A stretch of DNA of 64,000 nucleotides from positions 248,001-312,000 of the forward strand of contig JABVCE010000022.1 of NCBI GenBank assembly GCA_014905635.1. Direction: 5' to 3'. This document shows positions 12,601 through 22,320 of the stretch, in pieces. The notes beneath the pieces are model-generated. The model worked only from the letters and a program-made list of their open reading frames with translations, searched no databases and had not been told where the DNA came from. The position numbers and the translations under genes were made by a program. Numbering within the stretch: position 1 is the stretch's first letter; each line of letters begins with the position of its first letter. Source of the DNA: Scenedesmus sp. PABB004 (Eukaryota).

Positions 12601-15600
12601 GCGCGGCGCTGCAGCCGCTGCGCGGCGCGGGCCGGCCGCCGGCCCCAGCGGCAGCGAGGGCGTGGCGGGGCTGGGGCGCCTGCCCACGGCCCTGCGCCGC
12701 ACCGGCAGCACTGGCGGCGCGCCGCAGCAGGCGCAGCCGGCCATCGACGCGCTGGCGCCAGCGTCGCCCGCGGTCGCGCCGCGCGGCGCGCGGCGGCACT
12801 CGTGGACGGGGCTGGACGCGGCGAGCGCCGCGCTGCGCCTGCGCCTGCTCGGCGCGGCGGTGGCCAGCGACGCGCAGGCGGGCGACGCGCTGCTGCCGCA
12901 GAGCGTCAGGCGCAGCAGCAGCCTCGAGGACGGCGCCCTCGCTGCGGCGGCCAGGCCGGCGGCCGAGGCGGCTGCCGGCGTCGGCGCCGCCGGCAGGCCC
13001 GGCGGCTGGCGCGCCCGGCGGCACTCGTGGGCTGGCTACGGCGGCGAGGCGCTGCCGCCGCCGGCCGTGCCGAGCCAGGCGGGGCGGCGCGCCGCGCTGC
13101 GCGCGCTGTCGTCGTGCTTTGCGCCCGGCGCCGGCGCCGGCGAGGTGGGGCCCGAGGACAACCAGAGCCCGCGGCGGCAGCTCTTCCACCTGCCCGCCTG
13201 CTGCGGCGACGGCAGCTACCTGCCCCTGGACGACCCCGCCGGCGCCGGCGAGGGCGCACTCGCGCCGCTGCTCGGCGGCTCCGTGGGGCGCCGGAGCAGC
13301 GCGGAGCTGGCGGCCGACGGCGACGACGGCGCCGCGTCGGTCGGCTGCCTCGGGCGCTGGGGCAGCGGCGGCTGCGCCGGCAGCACCGCCGGCAGCAGCC
13401 GCGGGCGGCGCAGCAGCTGGTGCTGCGGCGCCAGCAGTGCGGTTGCCGTCATGACGGTGGACTGGAGCCCCGCCGCGGGCAGCAGCCTGAGCAGCGCGGC
13501 GCTGTCGCCGGCTGCGTTTGAGCCCGCCTCGCTGCTGCTCGCGCCGTGCGCGGCGCCCGGGGGCGCGGGGCAGCGCGGCCGCCTGGGCCAGCACTGCTCC
13601 TGGGACGGCGCCCGCGGCAGCGCGCTGTACGGCTCCCCCGCAGCCACGGCCAACGCGCTGGCGGTCGAGACGCTCAGCCAGCGGCTCAGCCAGCTGCAGC
13701 AGGCGGCGCAGCTCGAGGCGGCGCAGGCGAGCGGCGGCGAGGCGGCCAGCAGCCCAGCAGTCTCGCCCACGACCGCGCTGCGCCGCGCGCTCAGCGACGC
13801 GGCTGCGGCTGCGGCTGCGGCCGCAGCTGCAGGGGGCGGCCAGCAGCAGGCCGCGCAGCTGCCGGCCGGGCCGGCAGCCGAGCAGCCCAGCGCCCTGGCA
13901 GCTGCCTCGCCGGCCGTCAGCGGCGAGGGTGGCCCCGCGCCCGCCGATGCGGCGGCGCCGGCGCCGGCGGCCGGCGGCAGCGCGTCAGCGCTGTCCGCGC
14001 GGCCCAGCAGCGCAGCGACGCCGTCGCCGACGCCGCCCGCGACCTCGCCAGGGCTCGCGCGCGCGCCGTCGCTGGAGGAGGGAGACTTCCTGGGGAGCTT
14101 TGGCATCACGCAGCGGGCCGGCAGCGCCAGCAGCAGCCACGCGGCGCAGCTCGGCAGCCCGCCCCGCGACGCCGGCGGCGACGCGAGCGGCCCGCCGTCG
14201 GGCGCATCGCTGTCGGCCTGCTCGCTCGCGACCGCGGGCAGCGGGCGCGGCAGCGGCAAGCGGCGCTGGAGCACCGGCGTGGCCGCGCACGACCTGCTGC
14301 TGCGCCGGCAGGCGCTGCTGGCGTCGGCGTGCGCGCCGGACGGCGCCGCCGCGGCGGGCGGCGCAGTGCTCGTGCCAAGCCCGCCGCACCCGGGGCTGCT
14401 GGGCAGCTTCCGGGTGTCCACGCCTCTGTCAGGCCTCGACGCGCTGCTGCCGGCAGTGGGCGGGCACAGCGGCGGCGCCGCGGCGCCCGCCGCCTCTGGC
14501 GCGGCCGTGGCCGTGGACGTGCTGGGCATGCCGCGGCCGTCCGGGCTGACGCAGCGGCGCCTGAGCTACGACACCTCCACGGGGGCCTACCTCCTGGTGG
14601 CACAGCAGCAGCAGCAGCCGCCGCCCCAGCCGCAGCAGCAGCAGCAGGAGCAGGAGCAGCAGCAGGAGCAGGCCGGCACGCCGGCGCTGGCGCCGCAGCG
14701 GCTAGCGCAGGACGCGCCGCCGCGCGCCAGCGAGCTGGACGCGGCGTGGGCGCCAGCGGCGCAGGGCCCGCTGCTGGGCGAGCTGGAGCCGCTGCCGGGC
14801 ACGTCGCCGCGCGGCGCGCCCGCGCCCGCGCCTGCGCCGGGCGGCGACGAGGAGCCGGTGAGCCAGGCCGACCAGGCGCACTTCCAGTCGCACATGCAGC
14901 GCCTGGTGGACGCGCTGGCCCGCAAGGGCTACGTGATGGACGGCCCCGGCGGCGGCGCCGCGAGCCCGGCGGCCGCGGCGGCTGCGAACCGGCGGCAGCA
15001 GCAGCGCGAGCAGCGCGAGCAGCGCGAGCAGCGCGAGCAGCAGCAGCAGCAGGCGGCGGCGGCCGCGCCGCCGCGGCGCTACTGCGCCAAGGTCTGCGAC
15101 TTTGGCTTCAGCCAGTGCCTGCGCGCGGGGCAGAGCCACTGCAGCACCGCGGCGGCGGGCACGATCACGCACCAGGCGCCCGAGGTGCTGCGCAGCGGGT
15201 ACCTCTCGCCCGCGGCAGACATCTACGCGTTCGGCATCATCCTCTGGGAGGTGCGCCGCGCCGCGCCGCGCCGCGCCGCGCAGCGCCGCGCAGCTCCGCG
15301 GCGGCGCCGCCCTGCGCGCACGGGCCCCGCGCGTCGGCGCCCGCCCGCCCACCCCCGCCGCCCGCCCCGCCCTGCTTCACCCCGCGCCGCGCCGCGCCGC
15401 GCCGCGCGCAGCTGCTGACGGGCGAGCGCCCGTTCCGGGGTCTGCTTGAGGGCGACCTGGTCGTGGGCGTGGTGGAGCACGGCCTGCGCCCGACCTTCCC
15501 GCCCGGCGCGCCGGCGGCGTACGTCGCGCTGGCGCAGCAGTGCTGGGCGCAGGAGGCGGCGGACCGCCCCAACGCGCGCCAGGTGCGCGCCGCGCGGCTG

Positions 15601-16196
15601 CGCGCTGCGCGCGCGCGCGGCCGCGCGCCTGCCGCGCCGGCACCGCCGCAGCCGCCAGCGCCGGCGCCGACGCCGCGCGCCGCTGCCGCTGCCGCCTGCG
15701 TGCGCAGGTGCTCAAACGACTCAATGAGCTGCTGTACGACGAGCGCCGCGCGCGGCACCTGCGTGCCGCGCACGGCCAGCCGCACGACGCGCAGTGCGCC
15801 GGCGGCGACCAGTGCCGGCGCCGGCGGCACAGCATGCCGGTGGTGGGCGCGGCGCGCGCGCGCCGGCTCTCGCGCCGGCTCTCGCTGTTCCTGCCCTTCG
15901 CGCGGCCGCCCGCGGCGGTGCCGGAGCACGCGCCGCTGGACCAGGCCGCCGCGCCGCTGGGCGGCAGCGGCAGCGCGTGCGCGTCGGGCGGCGGCGCGGC
16001 GGCGCTGCCACCGGCCGCGAGCACCGCCAGCAGCGCCGGCGGCGCACGCCCGCAGCGCGGCGGCGTGTGCAGCGGCGCGGCGCTGCACAGCGGCGCGGCG
16101 CTGTCCAGCGGCGGCGGCGCCGCCGCCGGCACCGGCGGCGGCGGTGCTGCCGCGCAGGACGACTGCGGCAGTGACTGGTTTGAGAGCTTTGACTGA
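9668..16196 (+). CDS. TKL-type Ser/Thr protein kinase, probably N-myristoylated, with a very large insert inside the catalytic domain; one apparent frameshift near 12630
   Basis: MGAQQS start; IAAGSYGRVY, AALK, NEVRLCLKLSHKNLVRLL, IAMELCDGTL, HGDLKSENVLL, AKVCDFG, GTITHQAPE, DIYAFGIILWE and CWAQEAADRP occur in order on spliceable exons. Confidence 0.88.
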
Positions 16197-17442
16197 CCCC
16201 GACGCGGGCGCTGCGCCCCACCGGGGGTCGCGTTGGAGCGCGGGCTGGGCGCGGCGTGACGCAGTTGGTGCGGTGATGTGGTGTGAAGTGTGGCAGGCGG
16301 CCGCGTGGGTGGCCAGCTGATTGCCGTCCCACGTGCGAGGGCCGCAGCGCCCTAGGCGCCCGAGCGGGCCCGGGTCGGGGGCCCCGTGCAGCGTTTCGTC
16401 GCCGGTTGTTTGTGGTTTTTGTGCTGTGGCGCGCGCGCGGCGAGGCCGAGCGGTGGGCGGGGGCTTCGCGTGGCCACGGCCACGGGCGGCGGCGGCGGCC
16501 AAGGGGCGCGCCGCCGCGCGCGTGCCGCGGCGGTCGACAGACGTGGATGGGCGCCGATTGCATGCTTTGGACCTGCATGTGCGACCGCGCGGCGACAGCG
16601 GGCGGCATGCGTGCTGCCTTGTACATGCACGTTGCGCGCACGCAGAACACGGCTCCCGCGGGCGGCAACGAACGGGCGGGCGGTGTCGGAGCGCGTGGCG
16701 CGCGCCATCGAGCGCATCGGGCGCATCGTACTGTGGCTGGCTGTGGCTGGCTGGCGGAACGTGGGCGTGGGCCCGCCACGCCTGGCGGCGGGCGGGTGGG
16801 GGACGTGAGGTGGATGACAGCTTGGCTGGTGGTGCGGCCTGCACGACCACGCGACTGCGCTGTGTGTGTGTGTGACTGGCCGGTCTGCGCGTGTGTTTGG
16901 CGAGGCGTCCCGAGCGGGCTGCCGCCAGCCTGGCGCGCGCCCGCTCAGCAGCACTGTGGCCGGGGCGCCGCACACGTCGCCCGGCATCGAGCGCCGTGGG
17001 CAGGCTGCGCCCTCGCGCGGGGGAGGGAGCGCTGCTAATGCGTGATATCGCGTGCGGGGCGCCGCCCCCTCGGCGCGCCCCCAAGAATTGGCCGCCCGCG
17101 CCTGCGCCCCGTCCGCGGCGCGCGGCCCGTCTGTCTGTCCCCTTGTCGTCGTTTGACGACTGCGCTGCGCGCTGTTTGCTTGCTCTTGCTCGCACGCAGG
17201 GCGCCCTGGGCGCCGCCGCCGGGGCGCCCTGCACACAACCGCCCAACCCCTTGGCCCCTTGGCGTCGTGCCGCCGGCGGCCCGAATCGGTGTGTGCGTCT
17301 CGCGCCGCGGCGATCGATCGTCCCATCACCATCAATGCATCAGACAATCAAGGCCGGGGCGGCCTCCCGCGTTTGCACTTGTCAACAAGTATGATAAACG
17401 ACGACTGTGTGCTCTTGCTCGCAGTCGCGAGCCCGCATGCAC

Positions 17443-17447
17443 TGTAA
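17443..17447 (+). terminator. TGTAA polyadenylation signal, probably ending a long (~1.25 kb) kinase 3' UTR
   Basis: Chlorophyte poly(A) signal in a less GC-rich region downstream of the kinase stop. Confidence 0.5.
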
Positions 17448-17681
17448 CTCACTCCCATTCCGCGCCCGATCCTCCTAACCCCCTCAACGCCCCACGGGGA
17501 CCTCTCACCGCGCCGCCGCCGCACCCGCAACCGCCATCAACCGCTGCTGCACGCCGGCGGCCAACACTGTTCTCCGCGTCCATCATCGCGGTCGAGCTCA
17601 GCTCAGCGCGCCCAGTCGTCTCTGCGCGCTCAGCCCGTCTCTGCGCGGTCCCCTTGAACGCCATGCCCTGAGCCAGCGCCC

Positions 17682-20286
17682 ATGGCGACGCCCCGGCGGC
17701 GGCCGAGCGGCGGCAGCACCGCGGCGCGCCGCGCGCGCCCGCTACTGGCGGCGGGCGCGGCGCTGGTGCTGCTGCCGCTGCTGCTGGGCGGCGCTCGACG
17801 CCGCGCCGCGCCGCCGGCGCCGCCGAGGGGCCTGGCCGCCCTGGCCGGCGCGGAGTTTGTCCTACTGGGCTTTACCAGCTCGCCGTACCTGCGCTGGGCG
17901 CTCAACTGGGCGCGCCACGTGCAGCGCCTGGGCGTGCCGCACGCCGTCATCGCCTTGGACGCAGCGTCGGCGGCGGGGCTGGCCGCAAACGGTGTGCCTG
18001 TGTACGACGTTTCGGGCGTGGCCGCGGCGCTGGGGCTGGACACGGGCCGGGCGTTCAGGAGCGCGTTCCAGCACTTCCGCACCATGGTGCGCGGGCCAGG
18101 GGCCTCGCGGGCGGCGGCTCGAGGGCAGCTCGAGGGCAGCTGCGGGAGCTGACGGGCGGCTCGAGGGCAGCTCCCGCGCGCGCCCCAGGCGCCGGCCGCC
18201 GGCCGCGCGCCGCCGCCGCGCGCGCGCCGGCAGCTTGACCGCGCCGCCGCCGCTGCTGCCGCCGCCGCCGGCAGGGCTACATTAAAGTGACGACCGCGCT
18301 CGCGCTGCAGCAGGAGCTGCGCTGGCGCGCGGTCGTGCTGTCGGACACCGACGTCGCGTGGCTGCGGCACCCGGGTGAGCTGCTGTCGGCGCACCCGGCC
18401 GCCGACCTGCTCGTCTCGACCGACTGCCTCTCGGCGGACGCCGCGGCCGCGGGCCCGGCCGGCGCGGGCGTGCCGCGCTGCGGCTCCGCGCCCGGGGCGG
18501 GTCGAGCGCATGGAACACCGGCGTGGTGGTGCTGCGCGACACGCCCCGCGCGGCGGCGGCGATGGCCGAGTGGGCGGCGCGGCTCGCGCCGGGCGCGGCG
18601 AGCCGCAGCGCCGAGGGCTACTGGCTGGACGATCAGCTCACCTTCACTGAGGCCTCCGAGGAGGGCAGCCTGCCCTGGCGCAGCGGCGACGCACCGCCGC
18701 CCGATGGCGGCGACGCCGGCGACGGCGGCAGCGACGCGCGCGGCGGCGGCGGCGGCGCGCCCGGCGCCGCGGGCGTGTGGGCGTTTCGGCGGCGCGCGCG
18801 CGTCGCGGCGCTGGCGCCGCTGGCGGTGGCCAACGGCCACGTCGCGCTCGAGCAGCGCCTGCCGGCGCGGCGGGGCGTGACGCCGGTCGCCGTGCACGGT
18901 GCGTGTTTGTGTGTGTGCGCGCGCGCTGCGCCGCCGCGCCACCGCGCCAACGCGCCGCCGCGCCACCGCGCCGCCACACCGCCGCCACACCGCCGCCGCA
19001 CTGCCGCGCCTCAGACACGTTTCAGACGTACGGCGGCGACGCGGGCAAGGTGTCGCGCTTCATGGAGGCGGGGCTGTGGCTGCTGCACCCCGCCGCGCAC
19101 TACGCGCCCGGGCGGGGGTTCCTCACCTATGGCAGCCTGGTGACGGACTACATCGCCGCGCTCGGCGACGCCTGGGCGGCGGCCACGGGGCGGCGCCTCG
19201 CGGCGCTGCACGCGCACCTGGTCGGCGCCGCGTTTCAGCTGCAGGTGCTGGCCGAGGCGCTCGCCGCCGCGCGCGCGCTCGGGCGGCTGCTCGTGCCGCC
19301 GCGCTTCGTCTGCTTCTGCTGGCAGGTGCGCGGCGCAGCGAGCTGCGGCGCGCGCTGCGGCGCGCGCGCCACGGCCGGGCCGGGCGGGCGGGCCGTCGCG
19401 CTCGCGCGGCGCGCCGAGCGCGCCCGCCGCGCCGCGCCGGCCGGCGCAGGACTCGGGGGACTTCACGGGCATGCTCGCCAGCTGCGCGCTGCCCGGCGCC
19501 GACGTGGGGCCGCCGATGGAGTGCAGCGCGTCGCACTTCCTGTCGGCCGCGCAGCTCGACAGCTTCCACGACCACGCGCGCCTGCCCGGCTTCCTGGAGC
19601 AGCCGCGCATGGCGGACGCGCTGCGCACGGGCGGCGTGCTGCGCGCGCGCGTCGTGGACGACGACACCGCCGCCGCGGCGAGCGCGCTCGGCGCGGCCGG
19701 CCGCGCGCCGGGCGCACCCGCGCTGCTCCCCCGCGCCGCGACGCCCGCCGACCTCGCCGCGCAGCTCGGGCGCGGCGCAGGCGGCGCGGTGCCGCCGCTC
19801 GTCGTCGCGCTCGGCGGCCTTGCGCCCGGCTGGCTGACCGGCGCGGCGTCGGGCGCCGACGCGGCGCTGGTGGGGGAGCTGGTGTTCAATTGGACCGCGA
19901 CGAGCGGCTGGTGCTGCCTCACCACCGAGTCGGGGCCCGGCGCGGCGGGGCAAAGCATGGCGCACGCGTATGTGGGGTACAGCCAGCCGGAGCTGCGCGC
20001 GGCGACGGACGGCGCCGGCGCCGAGGAGCCCTGGCGCCCGCCCGACGCGCTGTTCACGCGGCCCGCCTGGTGCGACGGCGGACCCGACGCCGAGGGCTTT
20101 GTGCTGACGCCCCGCAACCGACAGCTCGCGGCGGCGCCGCAGCACCCGTGCACCTACCTGGCCGGCGTGCGCGGCGACGAGCCGGAGCTGCGCCGCGGCG
20201 TGGCGGCGGCGCTGGAGGCGGTGCACCTGCTGCGCCTCGGCGGCGCGGGCGACGAGCGAGGCGCGGGCATCCCCGACGCCACATGA
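17682..20286 (+). CDS. GT77 nucleotide-diphospho-sugar transferase, XEG113-like (extensin arabinosyltransferase family), 4 exons; apparent frameshift near 18500
   Basis: Type II membrane anchor; WALNWARHV, VVLSDTDVAWLRHP (DxD), WNTG, DDQ, VANGHV, VAVH|DTFQTYGG..GK..R..EAGLW and ALAAARALGRLLVPP. Confidence 0.8.
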
Positions 20287-20426
20287 ACGAGACAGCGTCA
20301 CCGCTTGCGCGCGACCCCGCGCGCACGGCCAACGTTAGCTCGCGAGCGCACAGGCAGCTGCGCGGCGCGGCCGCCCGAGTGCCAGCGCGCGTGCCTCGGC
20401 CGAACCCCTCTCGCTCGCGACCATAG

Positions 20427-20826
20427 CTAGCTCGCCGCGCCCGCCCCGACGGCGGCGGCGGCGGCTCCTCGCTGCTCGTCTTGCAGCCGGCGAGCACCGC
20501 GGCGACGCCCGGGCCGAGGTGCGCGTTGGCCGCCAGCACGCGCCGGCCCATCACGTCCCACGGCCCGCCCGCCGGGTCGAGCAGCACACCGCCGGCCTCG
20601 CGCAGGATGCAGGCGCCTGCGGCGGCGGCCGGCGCCGCGCCGCGTCGCGCCCCGTCGCGGCGCGGCCGCGCGGCGCGTGCGCGCGCGGCGCCCGCGGCCG
20701 GCCGCGCACCCGCGGCGACGTCCCAGCAGCCGCCGAAGCCGATCTCATAGAACGCGTCCAGCCGGCCCGCCGCCACGCCCACCAGATTCATCGCACACGA
20801 CCCGCAGCAGCGCACGCTGCGCCGCC

Positions 20827-20857
<31 letters not shown>

Positions 20858-21840
20858 CGCTCGGCCGCCTCGCGCACGGGGCGCGCGCGCGCGCATGCTG
20901 CCGCCGCGGCACGCGCGCGCGCGCGCCGCGCCGCCGCCGCACCTGCGCATCGCCGCTGTGAGCGCGCGCACGCGGCCAAACACAGCCTCGACCGTCTCGG
21001 CCGAGCGCATCGTGCCGACCTCCGTGGCAAACAGCCCCGCCCTAAGCTCTGCGCGGCGGGGCGGCGCGCGTGCGCGGGGCGGGGCTGGCGCGGCCGCCAC
21101 CCCGCTGCCGCGCCGCGTGCCGCGCCGCGTGCCGCGGCCCGCCGCACCCGCGGTGTCAGACACGCGGATCGGCGCGCCGTTGCGCGTCGCGCCGCGGCCC
21201 GCCGCCGCGGCAAAGGTCTCGCGCAGCAGCGGCGCGTGCACGACGCCCACGACCGGCTCGCGGCGCACGCAGAGGCCGACGCTCACGCAGCTGAAGGGAT
21301 AGCCATGCACAAAGTTGGTGGTGCCGTCCAGCGGGTCGACCTGGGTTTTGCGGTTGAGGCTTAGGGGGCCAAGGCACCTAAACGCAGGCAGCCGTCGGCC
21401 CGCGGGGCACCTCGCGCCGCCCCCCTCCCCGCCCCCAGGACGCAGCGCGCACCATCCAGGTCGGCTCGTCGGTCAGCTGCCCCTGCCCGCCCGCCTCGGC
21501 CGCCGACTCCTCGCCAATGAACTTGTGCGCCGGGAACGCGGCCGCGAGCGCCGCACGGATCACCTGCGCGCGCCGCGCGCCGCGCGGGACGGGCAGTCGG
21601 CGCCGCCGCCCGCTCGTGGCGCCCAGCGCGCGCGGCCAGCGCCGCCGGCCAGCCCGTCGTAGCGGCGCGCGGGCGCGCCTCCTCGCAGCGCTTGTCGGTG
21701 TCGGTCACGAGGTCGGCGTGGCTGCTCTTGACCTCCACGCCGCGCGCGCTGCCCCAGGCCTGCTCGATGATCGCGCCCGCGGCCTGGGCGGCCTCCAGGG
21801 CCACCGCCAGGCAGCGGTCCAGGTCCAGGTTGCCCGCCAT
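20427..21840 (-). CDS. Inositol monophosphatase (IMPase/VTC4-like), about 6 exons; C-terminal end uncertain
   Basis: DLVTDTDKRCEE, HKFIGEES, LTDEPTWM|VDPLDGTTNFVHGYP, GSCAMNL and YEIGFGGCWDVAA|G. The stop at 20427 assumes one missing G near 20445. Confidence 0.9.
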
Positions 21841-22320
21841 TGTGCGCGCCGCGAGCGTCGCGGCGGCGGCGGGGCGCGCTGCTGCCGCTGCTGCCGCTGC
21901 TGCTGCAGCCGTGTGCGCCGGCCGTTCGAACACGCGTGCGCTGGGCGGTCAAGGCAGCGTCCGCGGGCGGCAATGCACCGGCGGCGTGCTGCAGCGCGCC
22001 GGCGCCGGCGCGGCAGCGGCGGGCAGCGCGGCACCGGCGGGCGGCGGCGGGCGGTCGCGGCGGCACGCACTGACGGTGGCGCTGGTGCTGGAGGGAGCGA
22101 CTCCCGCGTCAGGGGGCGCAGCAAAGATAGTTGCACGCCGGCGCAAGCCCCGAACCGCTCGCACGCCCCCGCCCCGCGTGGTGCTTGTCGCGGAGGTCGG
22201 CCCGCTCTCACCGTCTCCCTGTTCAGTCTGCCGCCGCCAATAGCAAGTTCCGCCCGTTCGCCGCGCGCTCTCTCAGCACAGCCGCACACCGGCACGCTCG
22301 CCCGCCCGGGCTCCCACGCG

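Noticed and set aside
12625..12640. Programmed ribosomal frameshifting in the kinase and other genes
   Set aside because: No slippery heptamer is present, and every case is one base missing from a G/C run, which is the typical long-read error pattern.
17348..17664. Short minus-strand ORFs (MAFKGTAQ...) upstream of GT77, including a possible Cys-TGA read-through
   Set aside because: No recognisable domain, convincing splice model or SECIS; the region is better explained as the kinase 3' UTR end plus the GT77 promoter.
20054..20430. IMPase ORF extending to overlap the GT77 3' end
   Set aside because: The extension is low-complexity and disappears if one G is restored near 20445, giving a stop at 20427.
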